Below the pieces are notes generated by a model. That model did not search any database. It was not told the origin of the DNA and worked only from the letters and a program-made list of their open reading frames with translations. A stretch of 64,000 nucleotides of DNA from a virus, in IMG/VR virus record IMGVR_UViG_3300045988_144476; one strand, 5' to 3'. Of the stretch, positions 21,505-29,786 are shown in pieces (positions within the stretch are counted from its first letter, which is position 1; every line of letters begins with the position of its first letter). The translations under genes were made by a program, and so were the position numbers.

Positions 21505-22320
21505 ATGTATATTGATACCTATGATACTAATAACGAAGATGAAAGATTTAAAAAATATGTAGAAATTCTTAAATCCCATGATCAGCTAAAAAAATCATTA
21601 TGGAATAAGCTTAATACTCCAGAAGTGTTAAAATTAGAAGAAGAATCAGATACTCTTTTTAAAGAATATATGAAACTAGATAGAAAACTTCAAAGAGAGG
21701 TTGCGTTTTATAATAGTTATTTGAAATCTGATTCTGATTGTATAGATTATTGCGATGTAAAATTTCATGAAGATCTAGATTTTAATCTTCCTGAAGAAAT
21801 TCAAGAGTTGGCTAATACATTTCATAAGAAAGATAAAGAATATAGTTGTGCTTGTAATGCCCACAAAGAAGCATTATGTAAAAATTTTGTAAAGCTAATA
21901 TCAGATATTACTCCTGAAAATTGTTTTAGAGATAATTCATTTGGAAGTACTCGTGATGTCTTCTCAGATTTTTATAATTCATGCAAACCATTCATGATCC
22001 TTAACATGGGGTTATACGAGCTTATTATAGTTCAAGATATTTTTACAGATAAGTATCATCATACAAATTATTCTATTACTATGTATGAATTGAAAAACAT
22101 GTCAAACTTTGATGTAAAAGTAAGATGTGAAAAGTTCTTCGATCAATTTAATAAAGAATTAGAACCATATCGACAAAACTTACGTTCTAACTTCGAACAT
22201 AAAACTCCTGTTCTGACACCTTTTAAAGATGCATATACTCTTTTTGCTCAGACCAGATCAGAAGAATATGGCAGAACTAGACAATATCTGATTATTGGAT
22301 GTGTGGTGTATCAAAAATAG
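21505..22320 (+). CDS. hypothetical protein (271 aa)
   Basis: ATG with GGGGAGA RBS. No recognisable motif. Confidence 0.7.
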   Translation: MYIDTYDTNNEDERFKKYVEILKSHDQLKKSLWNKLNTPEVLKLEEESDTLFKEYMKLDRKLQREVAFYNSYLKSDSDCIDYCDVKFHEDLDFNLPEEIQELANTFHKKDKEYSCACNAHKEALCKNFVKLISDITPENCFRDNSFGSTRDVFSDFYNSCKPFMILNMGLYELIIVQDIFTDKYHHTNYSITMYELKNMSNFDVKVRCEKFFDQFNKELEPYRQNLRSNFEHKTPVLTPFKDAYTLFAQTRSEEYGRTRQYLIIGCVVYQK

Positions 22321-22365
22321 CAGAAAATACGTTCTGATTTACATATTATATGAAAATGGTATAAT
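22321..22365 (+). promoter_or_regulatory. conserved box plus sigma-70-like promoter (cassette 1)
   Basis: CAGAAAATACGTTCTGATTTACA contains the inverted repeat CAGAA-N6-TTCTG. Promoter is TTTACA-16 nt-TATAAT. A near-identical copy is at 23073. Confidence 0.6.
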
Positions 22366-22555
22366 TTACCATGTAGATGGTGAGTGTACGCACCGCCCAC
22401 CTGTGCGTATCTACAAGCAACCCGTTAACCTATACACCATGAGAAAGTAGAGGTGTATGCTTATTTCCAGGAGTCTACATGATTCTGGTAGTCGTATCAA
22501 GTTCATCTTAGCTTCCAAACAAATAGTGAATCCGTCACTAGATTGGAGGTGAAAG

Positions 22556-22738
22556 ATGAATAATAATGATCGACTATTTAAGCTTGCAAGTTTAACACTT
22601 TTCTTGGTAGTTATAGTAGCTATAGTTTGGATAATTCTAGACCATAATCCAATCGTTTTAAAGGCAACTATTAACATATTGAAATTTTCTGCTGAGATTA
22701 GTTGCGAGTTTGCAAGCGTTGCATCAGGCTGCAATTAA
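22556..22738 (+). CDS. small single-pass membrane protein (60 aa)
   Basis: RBS GGAGGTG. One transmembrane segment (LASLTLFLVVIVAIVWIIL). Preceded by a ~190-nt structured leader. Confidence 0.6.
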   Translation: MNNNDRLFKLASLTLFLVVIVAIVWIILDHNPIVLKATINILKFSAEISCEFASVASGCN

Positions 22739-22920
22739 GTTGACCGTGGGTCGTTTATAGCCTGAGAATCAGAGGGTAATTCCTTTGATGTAAAACGGTG
22801 CCTTTTGCTCCAACAAGAGGTACCGTTATCAATAGAAATACCATGACATTTTACAATATCAGATTTTATTATTTGAGATTTCTCTTTGCTTATAAACAGC
22901 GAATCTAATTTATTATTCAT
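22735..22920 (-). CDS. possible small ORF (61 aa) convergent with the membrane-protein gene
   Basis: AAGGAA RBS. Its 3' end overlaps the plus-strand ORF by 4 nt. It could instead mark an antisense RNA. Confidence 0.3.
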   Translation of the reverse strand: MNNKLDSLFISKEKSQIIKSDIVKCHGISIDNGTSCWSKRHRFTSKELPSDSQAINDPRST

Positions 22921-23072
22921 AATAGTTCCTTTTATCCATTTTATTATATATTTGAAAATAAAGCTCCTGGATATTCCAAGAGCTTTGTTATCGGCAATCG
23001 TTCACGATTATTTTTTAAACAGGGGAGTGCCCGGATCAGCCGATATGATTCCCTCAGCATGTGAGCCTGTTA

Positions 23073-23118
23073 CAGAAAATATGTTCTGATTTACAAAAAT
23101 ACCAAATATTGGTAATAT
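23073..23118 (+). promoter_or_regulatory. conserved box plus sigma-70-like promoter (cassette 2)
   Basis: CAGAAAATATGTTCTGATTTACA matches the 22321 box at 22 of 23 positions. Promoter is TTTACA-17 nt-TAATAT. Confidence 0.6.
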
Positions 23119-23308
23119 ACCAATAGGTATTTTGTGGTTGTAGATGATGCATTACAACACGATTGCACGGCAAATACCTGATTTATTCTTTAATAAATCA
23201 TGCATAAGCAAAGCTATACAATCTTGTATACGCAATGCGAAAAGAGAATTCTGCCCGTTCTGGGCGAAACTTCCCAAATAAGAAATTTTTATTAGGGGAG
23301 GAGGTGAA

Positions 23309-23494
23309 ATGAATATGATTGAATTGTTTAGTATTTTTGGAGGTCTTCTAGTAATTATAATCTTAGCTCATATGTATTATAGTTCAAAGAAACACACCAT
23401 TGATCAGATTTGTAATCATCCAGAATTATCTGATGAGAAAGTTGAATCGATCACTAAAATGATGAAAAGACAGTACAAAGATCGTATCAAATAA
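23309..23494 (+). CDS. small single-pass membrane protein (61 aa)
   Basis: RBS GGGGAGGAGGTG. N-terminal transmembrane segment (IELFSIFGGLLVIIILAHMYY) and a charged C-terminus. Preceded by a ~190-nt structured leader. Confidence 0.65.
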   Translation: MNMIELFSIFGGLLVIIILAHMYYSSKKHTIDQICNHPELSDEKVESITKMMKRQYKDRIK

Positions 23495-23569
23495 TTCTAA
23501 TGTCATTTCCCAATTATGAATTCTCCTTTAGATTTAAAGTTTTAATAGATTTTTAGAAATGTTTACGAA

Positions 23570-23598
23570 AGAGGCCGGGAGTATTCTCGGTCTTTTTT
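23570..23598 (+). terminator. rho-independent terminator (usable in both directions)
   Basis: AGGCCGGGAG-TATT-CTCGGTCT hairpin followed by TTTTT on the plus strand. An A-run precedes it, so a weaker minus-strand version also exists. Confidence 0.65.
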
Positions 23599-23985
23599 CT
23601 CTTCATTCACAGTAGAAGAGTAGTACTGAGTGGATTTCACCACCGTTACAGTGGTACATGCATTAAAAGCATATGTCTTTCCGAACTTAACATATACTCC
23701 GAGGAAGGGTGCACTCTCTACACTTCCTGATTATTCATATGCTTCCATCACCATAACTTTCGTTATTGCTTCTAGTGTATCACATATTACTAAACGTAAA
23801 TCAGGTTGGCACATGCGTCACTCTGCGAACTTGCGTTCACTTCACTGCATAAGCAGAATAACAGGCTTCGATGTTTTATTCCTCTATTTATTTATAGCCG
23901 CTAGTCTCCACACATTGATTATTAATCTCTATGTAGATAGGCTCATTATCAAAATCGGAAAAATAAATGTAACCCTGAGTTTGGG
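23599..23985 (-). ncRNA. candidate structured RNA / long structured 3' UTR downstream of TMP-A
   Basis: No credible ORF and visibly higher GC than the surroundings. On the minus strand it has GNRA-capped hairpins GAAC-GCAA-GTTC (23827-23838) and TAAC-GAAA-GTTA (23754-23765), plus AGGAAG/CTTCCT (23703-23728). Confidence 0.4.
23936..23969 (+). repeat. right arm of the island-flanking inverted repeat
   Basis: The plus strand reads ATAGGCTCATTATCAAAATCGGAAAAATAAATG. It shares a 12/12 core AAAATCGGAAAA plus TCATTA and TAAA..TG flanks with the minus strand at 20350-20386. Confidence 0.7.
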
Positions 23986-26900
23986 TCAACCTACGGCTGT
24001 TTTAAAACCACCACCAATTAAGAAATCTAATCCTTTTTTACCTGCATTCTTTACAGTCATTGCTGAGAAAATTGCAGTGATTAGAGCTGGTATTGGTCCT
24101 AAAGTTTTCTCTAATCCGGTAAATCCTTCTGTTAATCCATGTACAAAATCAAGTGCTCCACCTACTTGATCTGAATTATAGAAGTTTAACCAGAATTCGT
24201 CCATTTGAGTTTTAATGGCCTGGACTTTGCCATTGAAAGATTCCATGTATTTCTCTTGGTTTGCTTCAGCGTTACCTTGAGCATTTGTAGCTTCTTCAGC
24301 TAAAGACATGGAGTCTGTGAATGCGTCCAATATGTTCTTGAACTTGGATGTTTGTCTTGTCGCTGCGACATCAAATGCGATTTTTGCTTGCTGTGCATCA
24401 GTCAAATCATTCCATTTGGATTTCAGTTCGGATAATACCGTAACAATTCCACGGTCTGATCCATCTGGATTATAGACATCAACACCTATAGAATGCAGAG
24501 AAGCAGAAGCATTTGATAATGTTGCATTATCAACCTCATCTGCGTATTGTGGCATTTTACCGACTTTTGTGGTTCTGGTAATAATTGTCTTTAAAGCATT
24601 ACCAATTGAACTTCCATCTTCACGAGTTCTTTCAGCTACTTTTGCAGAAATAGCAGCTAATTGTTCATATGACATTCCGGCATCATAAGCAACCTGACCT
24701 GAAGCCTGTACAGCATCAGACATTACCTTAATACCTTTGGCATAATCCATACCCACGTTCGATGATATTTTATCCATTACATCTACTACATGCATAGAAG
24801 CATCAGCAGCAGAAGTAGATCCGTCTTCTAACATATGGAACTGCTGTAAAATACCCTGTACCTGGTCAGCAGCAGTAGAAGCATCAACACCACTTAAGTT
24901 ACTCAGAATAGCAGTCGGTTTAGCAGTTTCCTGAATTTCTTTTGAAGTAGTATTCATATTTGCATAGATCTGATAAATATCCATTGTATTATCAAGAGAC
25001 ATTGACAGATCTTTTGCCATATCAACAGCAGAAGTACCTAAATCAGATAATTGCTGTTTATTCATATCCATGGTATAACTGATAGTAGTTAAAGCCTTAT
25101 CATAATCCATGAATGTATTGAATCCTTCACGCATTTGTTGCCATGCCTGTTGCATAATTTGGATACTACCAACAGCATTTGCGACATCACCAAGAGCGGA
25201 AGTAAAGTTACCTTTTACAAGTCCTTTCAGACTATCTGAAAGAGATGTAAAACCAGATGTTCCGGATTTATTTGTATATTTCTCCATTGTACGGAGACTG
25301 TCATTTGCTTTTTCTATATTACCTGTAAGAGTAACAAGATTACCTGAAACATCTTTAAAAACTAATGATATAGAACCGGTACTTTTATTTATACTAGTTG
25401 AAACTTCATTAGTAAGACCAAGTTGAGATGCATAATTTCTTAGAGCAGAAGTAGCATCATCAATATCTTTTATGGTACCAAGAGTACCTTCTTGTAAAAT
25501 ACCTTTTCCATTTTTTCTATCATATCCAGAAGCAGTTTTTTGGAAATTTTCAATATCAGAAATGATATTATTAACAGAATCATGAAAATTATTTTCGTCA
25601 ATTTCTTTATTATTAAGTGAATCAACTAATTGATTGTATCGTGTTCTAAATTCAGTGATCTTATCTTTGTAGGCATCAATTTTATTTCCAGAATTTGCAA
25701 ATTTATTTAATTTATTTATTTGTTCTGCGAAATTAAGCTCGTCATTACCTGTCACAGTATTTTCATAATAATTCTTTAGATCTGTAAATTTTTCGGTCTG
25801 TTCTTGTATTTTATCAACATAATCTAAAATACCATTAGCATTTTTATTTTGATTAAATGCACTTTCAGCATCTTTAGTAGATGTTTTTATACTTTCTAAA
25901 TCAGCTTTTAAACGATCGGTTATACGACCTGCACTTTCAAGTTTGGTGAGATAACTATCGACTTGATTTAAGAATGACTTAGAATTATTTGAAATTAACT
26001 GATCTTGAGTAGCATTGGCTCTATTACGAATATCAAATATTGCATTTTCAGCAACTTCTTTCCCAAATATGCTATTTACTTGTGCACGAAGACTTTGATA
26101 TGCATTAGTATAATTTTCACCTAAAATCTTTCCGGCAGTAATATCGGCTCCATCTTTAGTAGCAAGACCAAGAAGTTTGTTTTCGTTATTTCTTTTGTTT
26201 GAATATGCCTTCTTCATCAATTCAATGATATTATTGTTTTTACCATCAAAATTAGAATAATCAGACATATCATCAAAAGCCTTTTGATATGAATCAAATT
26301 TCTTTTGATCTAAAATTCTGTCGGGATTTGATTTATTATTATCGTATACTGTATTATAAAAATCCCCAACTTCTTTTCGTAAAGATTTAATTTTATCTAC
26401 TTGAGCATTTACTTTTTCAATGTATTCATCTTTACCATATTTGCCAGAAGCTCCATTTGCCTGGATATTATATAAATCAACATATGCTTGTTTTAATTCT
26501 TTAACTTTAGCAATAGCAGAGTCATATGTTTGATTATAATCATCTATATTTTTCTGTGTATTTTCTTTCTGAAAAGCACTATATGCACCTTGTTCAGCTT
26601 CACCTAATTTACTTTTTTGGGTGTTATAAGCATTTACACGATCTTTTCCTAATACATCAGAATGCTGTTCAATAAATTTATCGGCATCCTCAATATTCTT
26701 TTGTTTATTATCAATTTCTTTGCGTAAATTGTTAATTAATTCATTAGAAGCACCTTTAGATTTAGCAGAAGATAATTCTTTATTTTTCTTCTCTAGTTTA
26801 GAAAGACCATTCATTAAATCGGTGTATTCAGAAATAATTTGATCTGAAATACGATTTCCCGCACGTTCGTTCATATCAATCCGATGTTGTTCAATTCCTT

Positions 26901-29775
26901 TTTGAATTGCCTCATCAAATTGTTCAGTCGTATATTCAGGATGTTCTTGAGCATAAGTCTCTGCATCTGCTCTTAAGCTCTTCATACGTCCCTTTAAATA
27001 TCCAATACGTTTTTTAGAAGCTTTAATATTAGATTGACTACTATTTTTGGCAATACCTGCCTCCATATCAGCAAGATCTTCACGTTCGGTCATTAATCTT
27101 TTTTCTATATTAATTGCTTCTGTCTCTAACGCTGCATATCCGCTTTTTATATCACCGCCAGATTGTCTCCATAAACCATCTGAATCTTTTGTGAGAGTTC
27201 TAGTGTATGATCGTCCGGTCTGATCGTCTTTGTAAACTGTAGTCTTTTTTCGACCATTAATGTCTTCCTTATTAGACACAAGTCTATAATTCTTATATGG
27301 ATTATCTTGTTCCAAAAACCCTAAAAGTTTTTCTGGAGAAAGTTTAAATCCATTATATGTACTACCTAAAAGATTTCCAGATTTATAACCAGTTAAAAAA
27401 TTCTCTTTATGAGCAATAAAACTTTGTTCGTTTTCAGCTGCTTGAGCATTTTTCTTAGCTTGTATAATACGAACTCTTTGTTCTTCTCTATCAGATTTGC
27501 TTTGAGCAGTATCTGTAGATACTTTTAATTTAGGCGCAGAAGTAACTTTATATTTTCTTTCTTCTTGTTTAACAGATTCTTCCTGCTTCTTAGCCGTATC
27601 CTCAGTAGCAACACCAAGTCTCTTAGTAGAATCAGCCATCTGATCAATATTTTCAGTGGCATTACCGGCAGCAGAAGCAACAGCATCATTGATATGATCA
27701 ACGGCAGTATCCACAGCATCTGCAGTCTTTTCTGTTTTCTTAGCTTGAGTGGTAGGAGATTTAGAAGAAGTAGATGTATCCTCTAAAGAATCACGAAGTG
27801 CATAATGAGTGTCAGAAAGAAAATATAATCCTTTAGTATCTTTACCAGATTTTTTACGAATTTTCCCTAATAATCTTTCTTCGTATCTTTCTGTTTTATC
27901 TAAATCTGCAATAGATAAATTTCCGTTATTTTTTTTGATATTTTGAGCAAACATCTGATTGACAAGTTTATCAGCTGCATTTCTAATACTATCATGTGAT
28001 AATAATGTACCATCAAAATTATTTATCTGATCATAAATTTGAGAAAAAATAGATAATCTTTGTTCTAACCCTTTTAATTCTGATTCGGCATCTTTCAAAT
28101 TAGTATTTTGATTTACATAAGGAGAATGTAAATTTAAAGCTTCTGCAGGTATACCATTTTTTAAAGCAGTTATATAATATTTTCTTGTTTTATATAAAGC
28201 TGCAGTTTCTGAAAAACTACCTTGTGGTATATCTGGATTTTCTCGAATTTGATCTAAATCTCTTGAAGCTGCCATAAATTTTGTGGCGGCATTTTTTTTA
28301 CCAGTAGCAGAATAATCAGCGTTTACAATTGAATCATATACAGAACCTTTCGAAGTAATATTCTGTGTAGGAGTAGTAGATTGAGTGGATTTCTTCTGGG
28401 TAGTTTTAGGTTTAGAAGAAGTAGATTTGGAAGTAGATTTCTTTTTAGGAGTGGTTGTTTTTGGAGCGAAACTAGAAACAGCTTTCTTTTCCGCATCTTG
28501 TTGCTCTAAGAATAGTTTGGCAGATTGTTCTTCATATATTTTTTTGAAAAATCCTGTAGTATCTTGTTCGAATATAAGGTTTTTTACGTCATCAAAATCT
28601 TGAAGATCTTTAAGACCTGTTCCACCCTTATATTTATACACTAGGAGATTTCCAAGAATACCAGCCTGAACAGTTGGGCTTAAGTCTTCATTTTGAAAAT
28701 CATGTTCCCGTCTGTATCTATTTAATGTTGCTCTTGACGTTTTAGCGTCATTTTTTTCAATAGCTTCTAGTATTTTATCTTTAGCATTAGATAATTCTCT
28801 ATTTTTAGTATCTAAAATATCACGTTTTCCTGCATCTTTAGCTTGGGCTGTCAGTCCAGTTTGCACTGACTTTAAAGCATCTATAACTTCTTTAGATCCA
28901 GCACCAATGGATTTTGCTGCTGTAATAAATACTGTAGCGATTCCTTCACCACCAGCTTCTAACGAAGTCTTTATATCGCCAATTAATGCTTTTTGAGATA
29001 CTTCTTCAGTAACAGATGTATTAAAACCGGGAATAAGTTCAGAATTTTTTTTGGTAAAATAATTTCTTGTGGCTACTTGATGACCACCTAAATTATCTGG
29101 AGTATTATTTTTATTAAATTGTTCAACAAGTCTGTCATGATAAGCAAGAACGTCCGCTTGTCTTTGTCGTGCAGCTAACATTTCATCTAAAGTTTCATAT
29201 TCTTCAGCTTTAAAAAGTCCAGACTTACTGCTATAAGATTCATTAATTTTTTTTATAATATTACCAATACGAAACAATTCTGCAATTTGTTCTTGATATT
29301 CACTAGAAATTTTATTCTTATTTATAAAAGAAGTAATTCCACCACGAACTCTTGAATCTAATTCAGAAGTAGACGCTAATTCTGGATATTGAGACATAAA
29401 ATCTTTTACATTAGCATTTTTACCTAATTGTGTTAAATTTTTTTTTGTAACGTTGGTAGTTGCATTTGAAATAGCACTTTCTAATGCCTTTGCATATGCT
29501 TTAGCGTCACTTAAAGTTTTCTTATCAAGATTTGATGGAAGTTTTACTTCTCCCATTAATGGAATTTTAGTTTCTTTATATTTAATCTCAGCTTCTGTTT
29601 TAATTGGCTTTTCAGCCTCTCTACGAGCTTTATCTATTTTTGATGTATCTGGGATAATAGTATCTTTTGTTTCATAATCTTTACTTGCTTCTTTTTTCCA
29701 TTCATCCCATAATTTTTTATCAACATTAATCGGAACATTTATTTCATGTTCGCCACTTGGTCCTTGATAACTCAT
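23986..29775 (-). CDS. tape measure protein, proximal part (TMP-A, 1929 aa)
   Basis: TP901-type TMP core-like stretch (AKDLSMSLDNTMDIYQ...SSIGNALKTIITRTTKVG), long coiled coils, a Ser/Thr/Lys linker and a hydrophobic Gly-rich C-terminus (PALITAIFSAMTV..FLIGGGF). RBS AGGTGAT. Confidence 0.85.
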   Translation of the reverse strand: MSYQGPSGEHEINVPINVDKKLWDEWKKEASKDYETKDTIIPDTSKIDKARREAEKPIKTEAEIKYKETKIPLMGEVKLPSNLDKKTLSDAKAYAKALESAISNATTNVTKKNLTQLGKNANVKDFMSQYPELASTSELDSRVRGGITSFINKNKISSEYQEQIAELFRIGNIIKKINESYSSKSGLFKAEEYETLDEMLAARQRQADVLAYHDRLVEQFNKNNTPDNLGGHQVATRNYFTKKNSELIPGFNTSVTEEVSQKALIGDIKTSLEAGGEGIATVFITAAKSIGAGSKEVIDALKSVQTGLTAQAKDAGKRDILDTKNRELSNAKDKILEAIEKNDAKTSRATLNRYRREHDFQNEDLSPTVQAGILGNLLVYKYKGGTGLKDLQDFDDVKNLIFEQDTTGFFKKIYEEQSAKLFLEQQDAEKKAVSSFAPKTTTPKKKSTSKSTSSKPKTTQKKSTQSTTPTQNITSKGSVYDSIVNADYSATGKKNAATKFMAASRDLDQIRENPDIPQGSFSETAALYKTRKYYITALKNGIPAEALNLHSPYVNQNTNLKDAESELKGLEQRLSIFSQIYDQINNFDGTLLSHDSIRNAADKLVNQMFAQNIKKNNGNLSIADLDKTERYEERLLGKIRKKSGKDTKGLYFLSDTHYALRDSLEDTSTSSKSPTTQAKKTEKTADAVDTAVDHINDAVASAAGNATENIDQMADSTKRLGVATEDTAKKQEESVKQEERKYKVTSAPKLKVSTDTAQSKSDREEQRVRIIQAKKNAQAAENEQSFIAHKENFLTGYKSGNLLGSTYNGFKLSPEKLLGFLEQDNPYKNYRLVSNKEDINGRKKTTVYKDDQTGRSYTRTLTKDSDGLWRQSGGDIKSGYAALETEAINIEKRLMTEREDLADMEAGIAKNSSQSNIKASKKRIGYLKGRMKSLRADAETYAQEHPEYTTEQFDEAIQKGIEQHRIDMNERAGNRISDQIISEYTDLMNGLSKLEKKNKELSSAKSKGASNELINNLRKEIDNKQKNIEDADKFIEQHSDVLGKDRVNAYNTQKSKLGEAEQGAYSAFQKENTQKNIDDYNQTYDSAIAKVKELKQAYVDLYNIQANGASGKYGKDEYIEKVNAQVDKIKSLRKEVGDFYNTVYDNNKSNPDRILDQKKFDSYQKAFDDMSDYSNFDGKNNNIIELMKKAYSNKRNNENKLLGLATKDGADITAGKILGENYTNAYQSLRAQVNSIFGKEVAENAIFDIRNRANATQDQLISNNSKSFLNQVDSYLTKLESAGRITDRLKADLESIKTSTKDAESAFNQNKNANGILDYVDKIQEQTEKFTDLKNYYENTVTGNDELNFAEQINKLNKFANSGNKIDAYKDKITEFRTRYNQLVDSLNNKEIDENNFHDSVNNIISDIENFQKTASGYDRKNGKGILQEGTLGTIKDIDDATSALRNYASQLGLTNEVSTSINKSTGSISLVFKDVSGNLVTLTGNIEKANDSLRTMEKYTNKSGTSGFTSLSDSLKGLVKGNFTSALGDVANAVGSIQIMQQAWQQMREGFNTFMDYDKALTTISYTMDMNKQQLSDLGTSAVDMAKDLSMSLDNTMDIYQIYANMNTTSKEIQETAKPTAILSNLSGVDASTAADQVQGILQQFHMLEDGSTSAADASMHVVDVMDKISSNVGMDYAKGIKVMSDAVQASGQVAYDAGMSYEQLAAISAKVAERTREDGSSIGNALKTIITRTTKVGKMPQYADEVDNATLSNASASLHSIGVDVYNPDGSDRGIVTVLSELKSKWNDLTDAQQAKIAFDVAATRQTSKFKNILDAFTDSMSLAEEATNAQGNAEANQEKYMESFNGKVQAIKTQMDEFWLNFYNSDQVGGALDFVHGLTEGFTGLEKTLGPIPALITAIFSAMTVKNAGKKGLDFLIGGGFKTAVG

Positions 29776-29786
29776 ATTATAATCAC

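Larger units (their letters stand above)
20384..23985. other. 3.6-kb accessory island interrupting the tape-measure locus
   Basis: It is the only block in the tail module with plus-strand genes. It carries its own sigma-70-like promoters and terminators and is bracketed by an inverted repeat. Confidence 0.7.

Noticed and set aside
22411-22734. 107-aa minus-strand ORF antisense to the first small membrane-protein gene and its leader.
   Set aside because: No RBS and odd composition. It covers a region better explained by the plus-strand promoter, leader and ORF.
20384-23985. The island as a self-splicing group I or group II intron, or a split intein joining the two tape-measure halves.
   Set aside because: It contains opposing promoters, terminators and several independent genes. 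No GUGYG 5' end or domain V-like sequence was seen, there is no reverse transcriptase or homing endonuclease, and the protein ends lack intein motifs (C..., ...HN[CST]). A degenerate intron remnant in 23599-23985 cannot be fully excluded.
23630-24169. 179-aa plus-strand ORF overlapping the TMP-A 3' end. It would even fuse in frame to TMP-B if the island inverted at the repeat core.
   Set aside because: The composition is unlike all other proteins here (poor in K/E/N), there is no RBS, it starts at a GTG codon (gtg at 23630), not ATG, and it is largely antisense to TMP-A. The in-frame fusion is best treated as coincidence unless inversion is demonstrated.
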